A stretch of 64,000 nt of DNA from Roseibacillus sp. (GTDB taxonomy: Bacteria; Verrucomicrobiota; Verrucomicrobiia; Verrucomicrobiales; Akkermansiaceae): positions 608,001 through 672,000 of the forward strand of contig JBPOGI010000002.1 in NCBI GenBank assembly GCA_051251855.1, in the 5' to 3' direction. Below are positions 30,378-39,041 of the stretch, piece after piece. Within the stretch, counting starts at the first letter, position 1; each line of letters begins with the position of its first letter. Made by a program: the position numbers and the translations under genes. The notes under the pieces were generated by a model that was not told the origin of the DNA, made no database searches, and saw only the letters and a program-made list of their open reading frames with translations.

Positions 30378-31397
30378 TTATTTTTTGAGGTGCTTCTTCA
30401 TGACCTCTTTGGGGGTGCGGTCTGCAAAAAAGATGCCCCAGTGCTTTTCGGCTCCCCAAGGACTACCGGGGTCGCCCTTCCAGCTTTCGTCGAAGGCTTC
30501 GAAGAAGAAGGTGGTGATGTTCATCTCTTTGGCCCAGCGCTCGAGGTTGCCGTAGTAGAGAGTTTGCTTTTTCTCGCTGGCGCGTTCACCGAATTCGGTG
30601 GCGATGGTGGCCCAACCTGCTTCGGTGATGACGAGCTCGCTGTCGGGAAGGGCGGCACGCACTTTTTCCATGTTGGCAATGCTGTAGTCCATCGCTTGGT
30701 GGATGTCCTTGCCTTCCCAGACGGGGTAGATGTGCACGGAAACAAAGTCCAGTTCCTTGGCGAGTGCTTGGCCGTGCTGAGCCCACCATTCGTAGTTGTC
30801 GGCGACGGTCACGGGCTGCTTGATGGCGGCCTTGACCTCTTTGACGTAGGTGATGATTTGCTCGACCGGAACCATGTGGTCATTCCAGTCCACGAGGGCT
30901 TCGTTGCCGACAGCCACGGCGACGACTTGGTTAGGGTATCGCTTGGCCAGACTGATGGCGCGCTCGATTTCTTGTTGGTTCTTGACCTTGTTCTCGGCGA
31001 GTTTGGTCTCGGGGTAGGGCTCTTTTTGCCAAGGGCAATTGGGGTTGTTAACCTCGGCGTCGAGCCAAGCACCTAGTAAGACAGTGAGGCCGAGTTTGTG
31101 CTCGCGGATGAGGCGGAGAACGGCTTCGGAGTTCGTTTGGGAATCGTAGAGGCGAATGAGTTTGAAGCCACATTGCTCGGCGAGGATTTTGAGGTCTTCG
31201 AGGATTTCTTCGTCGCTGGGGTTGATGGCACCTTGCCCACGATCTGGATGTTGCCCGTCGCGAAAGCCGGAATAGCAGATGGCCCAATGTTGTCCGGTAA
31301 GGAGAGCATCGCTCTTTTGGCGAAGTTCCTTCTTTTCCTGCGAAAAAGCGGGGAAGATGATTGCGAGTGAGAGAAGAAAGGTGAAGAGAGCTTTCAT
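30378..31397 (-). CDS. Glycoside hydrolase family 17 (beta-1,3-glucanase-like)
   Basis: ICYSGFR.GQHP, LIRLYD, AVGNEAL, SVHIYP, ITEAGW, FEAFDESWK and EKHWG motifs. Confidence 0.88.
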   Translation of the reverse strand: MKALFTFLLSLAIIFPAFSQEKKELRQKSDALLTGQHWAICYSGFRDGQHPDRGQGAINPSDEEILEDLKILAEQCGFKLIRLYDSQTNSEAVLRLIREHKLGLTVLLGAWLDAEVNNPNCPWQKEPYPETKLAENKVKNQQEIERAISLAKRYPNQVVAVAVGNEALVDWNDHMVPVEQIITYVKEVKAAIKQPVTVADNYEWWAQHGQALAKELDFVSVHIYPVWEGKDIHQAMDYSIANMEKVRAALPDSELVITEAGWATIATEFGERASEKKQTLYYGNLERWAKEMNITTFFFEAFDESWKGDPGSPWGAEKHWGIFFADRTPKEVMKKHLKK

Positions 31398-31445
31398 ACT
31401 CAATAGGAAAATCAAAAATGCAATTTCATGCAATTTTATTCGACG

Positions 31446-32288
31446 CTATCTTTTGGTGGCGAAGGGAAAGCGTGGAATCTCGGAGAGGTCGGCTTTGACT
31501 TGCACGGCATCAAAGGGCTGTTGCTTGAGGAGTTGGGCGGTGGGTTCGCCTTGGTTGTGGCCGACTTCCATTGCGACGAGGCCGCCGGGATTGAGGTAGG
31601 AGCCGACCTCGGAGACGAACTTTTTCACTAAGTCCATGCCGTCGGGGCCCGAAAAGAGGGCCAAGTCGGGGTCGTGCGCGAGCTCGGGGGCGAGACTTTC
31701 GCGGTCGCGCTCGGGGACGTAGGGGAGGTTGGCGACGATGAGGTCGAAAGTGCCTTCGATGGCTGAGAAGAGATCGCTCGCGATGAGGGTGGTCTTGATT
31801 TCAAGGGTGTCGGAGTTTTCTTGCGCAAGGGCGAGAGCTTCGGGGGAAACGTCGGTGAGAACCACTTCGCTGATGTCTTCGAGCTCTGCGGCGAGAGACA
31901 GGCCGATGACACCAGAACCTGTTCCGACATCAAGGATGCGAGTAGGTCGGTTGAGGCGGTCTTTTTCTTGGAGAATGAGGCTGACGAGCTCTTCGGTCTC
32001 TGGTCGAGGAATGAGGGCACGAGCATCGCATTTGAAGTCTCGGCGCATGAATTCGACTTCGCCGATGACGTGCTGGAGGGGCACGCTTTGGCCTCGTTTT
32101 TTGAGAGCGTCGCGGATGGGGACGAGCTGCTCTTCGGTGAGAGGACGGTCAAACTCGAGGTATAGCTGGACTCTGGTGAAGCCGAGAAAGTGGCTGACAA
32201 TCCGCTGCATATTGAGACGAGCTTCGCCGATACCCTTTTTCTCAAGGTAGCCTGTCCCTCCATCTATCACCTCTAAAACCGTGGTCAC
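31446..32288 (-). CDS. prmC: Release factor glutamine methyltransferase
   Basis: PLQHVIG, ALIPRPETEEL, DVGTGSG and NLPY motifs; GTG start at 32288. Confidence 0.95.
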   Translation of the reverse strand: MTTVLEVIDGGTGYLEKKGIGEARLNMQRIVSHFLGFTRVQLYLEFDRPLTEEQLVPIRDALKKRGQSVPLQHVIGEVEFMRRDFKCDARALIPRPETEELVSLILQEKDRLNRPTRILDVGTGSGVIGLSLAAELEDISEVVLTDVSPEALALAQENSDTLEIKTTLIASDLFSAIEGTFDLIVANLPYVPERDRESLAPELAHDPDLALFSGPDGMDLVKKFVSEVGSYLNPGGLVAMEVGHNQGEPTAQLLKQQPFDAVQVKADLSEIPRFPFATKR

Positions 32289-32440
32289 GAGAACGAAGGT
32301 GAGGGAGTGAGCCTCACGGATCCACTGCAAATCCTGCCCTTTTGGATTGCAGGGAATGGGGCTGCCAATCCTGTTTTTGCTCTGAATCGGAATCTTGTCG
32401 ATTGAATCGGCGCGAATCTTGCGTAAGATGTATAAGATTT

Positions 32441-33436
32441 ATGAAGTTTTTCCCTGTTGACCGGTTGTTCGCCGTCTTACTTGCTCTGAGTTCTGGCTGG
32501 GTGAGTGCTGAGGTTGAACGGCATTATTTTAATGATCTCCCTGCTCCTGAGTCTGTGGAGGATTTGATCAATATCGAAAGCGCTCTCAAGTCCAACTTGC
32601 CCAAGACGCGTGCAGCAACGATTTGCTTGGATTTAGGAGAGGAGAAGGGCTCGGGTAGTGGGGTCATTATCAGCCCTGATGGTTTGGTCCTGACCGCAGC
32701 GCACGTGAGCGGCGGGGTGAATCGCACCATTGAAGCCGTTATGGAGGATGGCACCCGTTATCCCGTGAGAACCTTAGGTCTGATTTCGAGCACAGATGCC
32801 GCGATGGCGCAGATTGAGGGCGATGGGCCCTTTCCTTACGTGGAGGTCGATCGTGAGAATACGACTTTGTTAGGAGATTGGGTAATGTCTCTGGGTCATT
32901 CGGGTGGTTTTGATGAAGAGCGTGGAGTGGTGGTTCGGTTAGGGAGACTTGTTAGGATGGCGCAGCGGACTTGGCAGACTGATGGTACCCTGATTGGCGG
33001 TGATTCGGGAGGGCCTCTTTTTGATTTGCATGGTCGTTTGATTGGAATTCACAGCCGAGTGGGTAAGGTGAAGGGTGAGAACCTGCATGTGCCGATGAGT
33101 AACTTTGTGGAGAACTGGCAGGCGATGCTGGATGGGGATTTTATAGGTGAAGGACCATTTGCGAAGCGTCTGAGTGGATTTTTGGGAGTGATTCTTGAAG
33201 AGAATGAGAAGTCCGGAGAAGTGTCTATCAAGGAGGCCGTGGAAGAGCAGGCGGCAGCGAAGGCTGGTCTCTTAGCTGGAGATGTTCTCTTGAAGGTGGG
33301 GGAAGAGAAGATTGAGAGCATTGAAGGCTTGCAGGAGAGTCTCAAGGAGACGAGCGAGGGTGATGCTGTTGAGCTGACTTATCGACGTGATGATGAAGAA
33401 CAAACGATTGAATTCAAACTGGGTGGCCGTGAATAG
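32441..33436 (+). CDS. Trypsin-like (S1C/HtrA) serine protease with C-terminal PDZ
   Basis: LTAAHV, TDAA and GGDSGGPL catalytic triad; PDZ (FLGV..AAKAGL.AGDV). Confidence 0.9.
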   Translation: MKFFPVDRLFAVLLALSSGWVSAEVERHYFNDLPAPESVEDLINIESALKSNLPKTRAATICLDLGEEKGSGSGVIISPDGLVLTAAHVSGGVNRTIEAVMEDGTRYPVRTLGLISSTDAAMAQIEGDGPFPYVEVDRENTTLLGDWVMSLGHSGGFDEERGVVVRLGRLVRMAQRTWQTDGTLIGGDSGGPLFDLHGRLIGIHSRVGKVKGENLHVPMSNFVENWQAMLDGDFIGEGPFAKRLSGFLGVILEENEKSGEVSIKEAVEEQAAAKAGLLAGDVLLKVGEEKIESIEGLQESLKETSEGDAVELTYRRDDEEQTIEFKLGGRE

Positions 33437-34499
33437 AGTTCATCTTCTGGCGTTGTGCCTCGTCCCTCTTGGTATGCTTCCAGGTCAGAGTTTGGAGGGT
33501 GATTTTCGGAAGGAGGGAGTGCACGTGCGTGCTTCCTACGATGAGCTAACGGAGGTGTTTCAGACGAGCAGTGCGGTGCTCTATGACAACTCGGTGCCCA
33601 ATGGGTATGGAGTGGTGGTGAGCGAGGATGGCCAGGTCTTAGTTAAGGCGAGCGAGTTCGACCTGTTGGAAGAGCCCTCGCTCATTATTGGTAAGAAGAG
33701 ATATCGCGATTTAGCGGTTTTAGCGACGAACTCAGAGTGGGATGTGACACTTTTGAAGGTGGAGGGGGAAGATTTGGTGCCGATGGAGTATTCTGAAATG
33801 GAACCTGAACAGGGTTCGGTGGTCTTGTCGAATAGTGCCACTTCGAGGTTTAAGCGGCGGGCTCAATTGGGAGTTATTGCAGCTAATGCGCGTCCAGTGG
33901 GGAGCGAGAAGTTAGCGGTGCTGGGGATTGCGATGGTGGGTGGCGAAACTGAGACCTTAAAGATCTCGGGAGTGAGCCCCAAGAGTGGAGCGAAAGATGC
34001 AGGGTTGGAGGTGGGGGATGAGTTTGTCTCGATTGAAGGTTCTGAGGTGGGGAAAAAGGAGGATGTGCCTGAACTCCTGGAGGGCAAGTTGCCTGGTGAT
34101 TTGGCTAAAATTGTGATTCGGAGACAGGTGTTGCCGGAAGAGCCCTCTGAGCCTGAGGAAGTCGAGGACCCTTTCGCCTTTGTGGAGGAGAATCCGCCTG
34201 TCTTTAAAGAGTTGGAGTTTGATGTGGAACTTCGTGAGCGGCAGGAGGTATTTGCGGAACAGCTGACTCGTAATGATGTGATGAGTGGTGAGTTCTCGAA
34301 ACGTCGCACCAATTTTCCGCGTATTTTGCAGCACGATACCTCTTTGGCTCAGCGAACCACTGGGGGGCCGTTGTTGACTCTAGATGGTAAGTGCGTGGGG
34401 ATGAATATTGCTTTTGTGAGTCGAGAGTGCTCTTACGCGATTCCGGCGAAGGAGTTGCAGGAGTTGATTGGGGAGTTGCAGGCTGAAGCGGGGTTGTAG
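33429..34499 (+). CDS. Trypsin-like pseudo-protease with PDZ inserted between the protease halves
   Basis: GYGVVVSEDGQVLVKASE (no His), PDZ, then LQHD...TTGGPLL (no Ser); overlaps the upstream protease by 8 bp. Confidence 0.8.
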   Translation: MNRVHLLALCLVPLGMLPGQSLEGDFRKEGVHVRASYDELTEVFQTSSAVLYDNSVPNGYGVVVSEDGQVLVKASEFDLLEEPSLIIGKKRYRDLAVLATNSEWDVTLLKVEGEDLVPMEYSEMEPEQGSVVLSNSATSRFKRRAQLGVIAANARPVGSEKLAVLGIAMVGGETETLKISGVSPKSGAKDAGLEVGDEFVSIEGSEVGKKEDVPELLEGKLPGDLAKIVIRRQVLPEEPSEPEEVEDPFAFVEENPPVFKELEFDVELRERQEVFAEQLTRNDVMSGEFSKRRTNFPRILQHDTSLAQRTTGGPLLTLDGKCVGMNIAFVSRECSYAIPAKELQELIGELQAEAGL

Positions 34500-34558
34500 T
34501 AGCGATTCCCTTCGCCTTCAGGCTTGCTCCTATTGAGTAGATTTCCAAAGCTCACGGT

Positions 34559-34837
34559 ATGCAAGATCACACTTGGCGTGACACCGATGACGAGGGTGTC
34601 ATCTTTTACCGAGCGACTCATCATGGAGGACGTTGGAAAATGGCGAGTCAACGTAAAGGCAATAGCCGTAAGAGTGACGAGGAGTGGGTCTACTACGAGC
34701 CCATTCCTGACGACATCTTGGAGAAATTGCGTGATGTTATCTTCAACAAGTATCAAAGAGGGCGCTGCGGGTGGAAATTGGTCGCTGGAATCGATAAGCT
34801 GTTAGGACGAGATCCGGAGGAGCCGGGGAAGGGCTAG
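34559..34837 (+). CDS. Small hypothetical protein
   Basis: 92-aa ORF whose stop abuts the bioA start; natural-looking composition. Confidence 0.7.
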   Translation: MQDHTWRDTDDEGVIFYRATHHGGRWKMASQRKGNSRKSDEEWVYYEPIPDDILEKLRDVIFNKYQRGRCGWKLVAGIDKLLGRDPEEPGKG

Positions 34838-36076
34838 GTGATGGAGGAGGACACGAGGCAGTGGCTGGAGGAAGATTGGAAGTATGGGTGGCATCCCTTT
34901 ACTGACCAGGCGCAGTGGGAGAAGGTGGCGGGGCCGGTGATTGTGAGGGGGGAGGGTGTCTACCTCATCGATTCGGAGGGGCGGCGTTATTTTGACGGGA
35001 ACTCGAGTATCTGGACCAATATTCATGGTCATAGTCATCCCAAGTTAGTGGAGGCAATTTGCAAGCAGGCAGGGGAGCTCTGTCACAGTTCATATCTGGG
35101 GCTTGCGAATGCACGAGCAAGTGAACTTGCGGCCAGGCTTTCTCGAGCAACGGGCATGGACCGCTGCTTTTTCTCAGACAATGGAAGTACCGCGATTGAG
35201 GCCGCTTTGCGGATGGAACTGCAATGGAGGCATCACAATGGAGAGGCCGGTCGACGGGGCTTCGTGGCCTTCGAGAATGGATATCACGGTGATACTCTGG
35301 GAGCGGCGAGCTTAGGTGGAGTGGGGCGTTTCTTTGAGAGCATTGCGGGGATGGGGCCGCAGGTGACGTGGGCGCGTGGTCTCGAAGACTTAAAGGCGGT
35401 CGATGCGACTAAGATTGCGGCAGTGATCATCGAGCCCTTGATTCAAGGAGTGAATGAGATGCGTCCTTGGCCAGTAGGGATGTTGAGGAGTCTTCGCGAA
35501 TGGTGTGATCGGAAGGGAGTTCATCTGATTTTGGATGAAGTGATGACGGGGTTCGGGCGCACGGGGACTCTCTTTGCTTGTCAGAACGAAGAGGTGAGGC
35601 CGGATTACCTGTGTCTAGCGAAGGGGATTACGGGAGGTTATATGCCGTTGGCTGCCACTCTCACCACCGATGAGATTTATCAGTCCTTCAAGGGACCTGG
35701 CCGGACGTTCTACTATGGACATAGTTACACCGCTAATCCCTTGGGTTGCGCGGTAGCTTTGGCGAGCCTGAAGTTGTGTGAAGAGGAAGGCTTTCTGGGT
35801 GAGGTTCGGGCAAAGGGTGAGATGATGGGGGAGGTATTGGCGTCTCTCCAGAGATTGCCCAAGGTGCTCGCGGTGCGGCGCTGCGGGATGGTGGCTGGGA
35901 TCGAGTTGACCGGCGATGGTTCAGGAGCACACGGTAAAGAGGTCTGTCAGCGACTAAGAGAGCTTGGGATGTTGACAAGGCCCATCTTAGATACCTTGGT
36001 ATGGATGCCGCCGCTGGGGAGTTCGCGAGAGGAGATTGGTGCGATGGGCGCGCTTTTTGGCGAGGCTTTGGCTTAA
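34838..36076 (+). CDS. bioA: Adenosylmethionine-8-amino-7-oxononanoate aminotransferase
   Basis: WHPFT, DGNSSIWTNIHGH, SDNGSTAIE, YHGDT, DEVMTGFGRTG, AKGITGGY and GHSYTANP motifs. Confidence 0.93.
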   Translation: MMEEDTRQWLEEDWKYGWHPFTDQAQWEKVAGPVIVRGEGVYLIDSEGRRYFDGNSSIWTNIHGHSHPKLVEAICKQAGELCHSSYLGLANARASELAARLSRATGMDRCFFSDNGSTAIEAALRMELQWRHHNGEAGRRGFVAFENGYHGDTLGAASLGGVGRFFESIAGMGPQVTWARGLEDLKAVDATKIAAVIIEPLIQGVNEMRPWPVGMLRSLREWCDRKGVHLILDEVMTGFGRTGTLFACQNEEVRPDYLCLAKGITGGYMPLAATLTTDEIYQSFKGPGRTFYYGHSYTANPLGCAVALASLKLCEEEGFLGEVRAKGEMMGEVLASLQRLPKVLAVRRCGMVAGIELTGDGSGAHGKEVCQRLRELGMLTRPILDTLVWMPPLGSSREEIGAMGALFGEALA

Positions 36077-36126
36077 GCATAGGCAAAAAGGCTTGCGCAG
36101 CTGTCAAATCAGGCTTTTTTGAGGCT

Positions 36127-36786
36127 ATGAATCGTGAGGAAACTGACATTGCAGCGTTGCGTGAGAACTACACTCGGGGCGGGTTGACACGGGAGGACTT
36201 GGCGGATGATCCGATAGTGCAGTTCCGGCTCTGGATGGAGGATACCATTGCTGCGAATCTCTTGGAACCTAATGCGATGTCCTTAGCTACGGCCTCGGCT
36301 GCTGGGGTTCCATCGATTCGGACGGTTTTGCTCAAAGGGCTCGATGAGCGAGGGTTTCGATTTTTCACTAATTATCGGTCGCAAAAGGGGCAGGACTTGC
36401 TGGAAAATGAGAATGCAGCGATTTCATTTCTGTGGAAAGACTTGGAGAGGCAGGTAAATATTGAGGGGGTTGTGAGAAAGGTTTCTCGCGAGGAGAGTGA
36501 GGAGTATTTTCGGACTCGGCCCTATCTGTCGCAAATTGGGGCTTGGGTGTCTGAGGTTCAATCTGGGGAGGTTTCAGGCCGGTCTTTCTTGGAAGAACGG
36601 GAGGACTTGTTGAAAGGACAATATCCTGAGGGGAGTGAAGTTCCTTTACCTGAGTTTTGGGGTGGTTATGTCCTTGAGCCTGTTCGGGTAGAGTTTTGGC
36701 AGGGGAGAGAGTCGAGGCTCCATGATCGGCTTAGGTATCAGAAAGCGTCAAATGGCTGTTGGGATGTGGTTCGATTAAGTTCTTAG
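36127..36786 (+). CDS. pdxH: Pyridoxine/pyridoxamine 5'-phosphate oxidase
   Basis: LRENY, EPNAMSLAT, RTVLLK, FFTNY.S.KG and EFWQGRESRLHDR motifs. Confidence 0.96.
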   Translation: MNREETDIAALRENYTRGGLTREDLADDPIVQFRLWMEDTIAANLLEPNAMSLATASAAGVPSIRTVLLKGLDERGFRFFTNYRSQKGQDLLENENAAISFLWKDLERQVNIEGVVRKVSREESEEYFRTRPYLSQIGAWVSEVQSGEVSGRSFLEEREDLLKGQYPEGSEVPLPEFWGGYVLEPVRVEFWQGRESRLHDRLRYQKASNGCWDVVRLSS

Positions 36787-36820
36787 GGGAGTAGGGACAG
36801 GGATGTCTCAGCTCCAATAG

Positions 36821-36853
36821 AAAACCCAAGGCATTGCTGCCTTGGGTTTCATT
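36821..36853. terminator. Probable bidirectional terminator between convergent pdxH and hpf
   Basis: AAACCCAAGGCA-TTGC-TGCCTTGGGTTT 12-bp perfect stem flanked by A/T runs. Confidence 0.85.
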
Positions 36854-36879
36854 TGGGGGATTTGCAATGGGAACGATTT

Positions 36880-37470
36880 CTATTCCGTTGGCAGCTCTAA
36901 GAGCGCGTATTCACCATCTTTACGACGGTAGACAAGCTGATTGAGGTTGCGACGTGCGTTTTTAAAGAGGACGAAGGGCTTGTCGGAGAGCTCTAACTCC
37001 ATAATGGCTTCTTCTTTGTAGAGGGTGCGTAGGCGATAGCCTTCGCGGTGGACGATAAGAGGCTCGGGGTCGAGCGTTTCTTCTTCGCCGTGGTCGAGCA
37101 CAGATTCGTTGTACCACTTTTCCTCAAGGTGTTTGATGGTTTGCTCGGGCTTCGGTCGATGCTTCTTCATTAAGCGCGTTTTATGCTTGCGCATGCGTCG
37201 GGCGATTTTGTCGATAGTAAGGTCGATGCTCTTATACATGTCCTCGGTTTCACTCGAAGCTTCAATAACGATATGGTCGGCGCAAAAGAGAAGGATCTCC
37301 GCGATGTGGCGGTTCTTTTGAACGTCGAGAATGGCTTTGGCTTCGATGATGCGGGGGTAGTCGAGGGAAAGCCCGTCGATTTTCGAGATCGCGTATTTGC
37401 GAAGCGAATCGGTGGGTTCTTCATGACGGACGGTTACAGTTACAGGGGCATCAGCGTTTGCAGTTTTCAT
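36880..37470 (-). CDS. hpf: Ribosome hibernation promoting factor, long form
   Basis: TVRH..TDSLRKYA, DMYKSID...KIARRMRKHK, and C-terminal EEAIMELEL...F.LF..YRRKDG domain. Confidence 0.92.
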   Translation of the reverse strand: MKTANADAPVTVTVRHEEPTDSLRKYAISKIDGLSLDYPRIIEAKAILDVQKNRHIAEILLFCADHIVIEASSETEDMYKSIDLTIDKIARRMRKHKTRLMKKHRPKPEQTIKHLEEKWYNESVLDHGEEETLDPEPLIVHREGYRLRTLYKEEAIMELELSDKPFVLFKNARRNLNQLVYRRKDGEYALLELPTE

Positions 37471-37686
37471 GTATTACGTTCTACGGATCTAGAAAATCCA
37501 CCCCAAAGCTAGATCAGGTTCAGGGGTTCCGCCAAGTCAGAGTTTAGAAAAATGCGTTTTCTGAGGTTTTAAAGGGGCTGGAGAGGAGTGGACGGCTCGT
37601 TTGAAGGCTGCCTCCGTTCGTTTCGTGACTCCTCGCGCGATGTCCTTCTCTTGTTCTTTGTGAGATGGTTGCTAAAAAGCCTTCTC

Positions 37687-38622
37687 ATGAAATTATTTTC
37701 TCTCCTCGCTCTTTTGGCCCTTGCCCAGACAATTGATCATGTCGACGCAGAATCCCTCAAAGTCTACCTCCTCGCTGGGCAGTCGAATATGGTGGGGCAG
37801 GGGGTAGTGGAAGGAAAGGAGACGCCGGGAACGCTTGAGTTCTGTATCGCGAATGACAAGTCAGGCAAATATGACTTCCTGACTGACAAGCGTGGCAAGC
37901 TGACCGAGCAGGAGGATGTTTGGATTTACCATGAAAGGGATGGGAAAGTTCTCACTGAGAACCTCTCGCCAAGATTTGGGAAGAGCGATGAAATGGTGGG
38001 GCTCGAGATCAGCTTCGGGGAGCAAATTCGAAAGCAAGAAGGAGGGCAAATTCTTCTCATCAAGACTGCGTGGGGCGGGAAAAGCTTAGGGAAGGATTTC
38101 CGGCCTCCCAGCGCGGGAGGGGAGACGGGACCTTATTACGAAAAGATGGTGGCTCAGATTCACGATGCCCTCGATAACTTAGGGAAACATTTTTCCAAAT
38201 ATAAGAAGACTCAAGGCTATGAAATCAGCGGGCTTTGCTGGCACCAAGGATGGAACGATCACGTCAACAAAAAGTTCACGGCAGAATATACCGACAACCT
38301 TGAACACTTCATTAACGATCTACGTGCTGAATTTGGAACCGATTTCCCCGTGGTGGTGGCGACGACTGGAATGGCGATGAAGCGCGATGCGGTGAACGGA
38401 AACCCTCTCAAAGAGAAGCCCATCGAAAAGGCTCAGCTCGCGATCACGAAGGTGAGAGCGTTCAAAGGGAACGTTGCCGTCGTTGATACGAGGCAATACT
38501 GGAAAAGTCCCAAAGAAAGCCCAGTCCCGAGTGGAGGACAGCACTACCATTGGAATAAGAGCGCCGAGATTTACATGGACCTCGGCTTCGCCTGCGCGGA
38601 AGCGTTTGCAGAACTTCGGTAA
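37687..38622 (+). CDS. Secreted sialate O-acetylesterase (SASA/CE6-like)
   Basis: LLAGQSNM, IKTAWGGKSL..DFRPPS, WHQGWND and HW motifs. Confidence 0.85.
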   Translation: MKLFSLLALLALAQTIDHVDAESLKVYLLAGQSNMVGQGVVEGKETPGTLEFCIANDKSGKYDFLTDKRGKLTEQEDVWIYHERDGKVLTENLSPRFGKSDEMVGLEISFGEQIRKQEGGQILLIKTAWGGKSLGKDFRPPSAGGETGPYYEKMVAQIHDALDNLGKHFSKYKKTQGYEISGLCWHQGWNDHVNKKFTAEYTDNLEHFINDLRAEFGTDFPVVVATTGMAMKRDAVNGNPLKEKPIEKAQLAITKVRAFKGNVAVVDTRQYWKSPKESPVPSGGQHYHWNKSAEIYMDLGFACAEAFAELR

Positions 38623-38685
38623 GGCGCTGTTTTGGGCGCTCGACGTTTTGGATGAAAAAATGCCTCTATGGCGATTGCCAGAAAC

Positions 38686-38997
38686 CTATTTCGAGAGTTC
38701 ATGTCCTTCCCAAAAGCTTTTCCGGTTGATGACCAGGGCACACGCGGCTCGAATCTCGTCGAGTGACTCGTCCTCGAGATAGGCGTTCCAATGCTTCCTC
38801 GAAGGAAAATTTAAAAGATGAGTCTCGTAAGGAGATTCGTCGCCTTCCTGATAGTTGGGATTTCGAATCCTTGAAATCACGGCGGCATCGTAGTGCGTTA
38901 GTCTCTCAAGGAGTATTCTCTCGCATCTCAAAAATTCATCTTCGCCATCCTTCTTGATCCAGAAGGATGCCACGATGATGATAGTCGCTTCTCGCAT
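38686..38997 (-). CDS. Small ferredoxin-like-fold protein (DUF1330-like)
   Basis: 103 aa; PYETHLLNFPS...YLED pattern; lies downstream of the metalloprotease gene. Confidence 0.55.
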   Translation of the reverse strand: MREATIIIVASFWIKKDGEDEFLRCERILLERLTHYDAAVISRIRNPNYQEGDESPYETHLLNFPSRKHWNAYLEDESLDEIRAACALVINRKSFWEGHELSK

Positions 38998-39041
38998 AGA
39001 TTGATGAGTTCGCTTTCGAGACGATTTCTTGGGAGCTCAAG

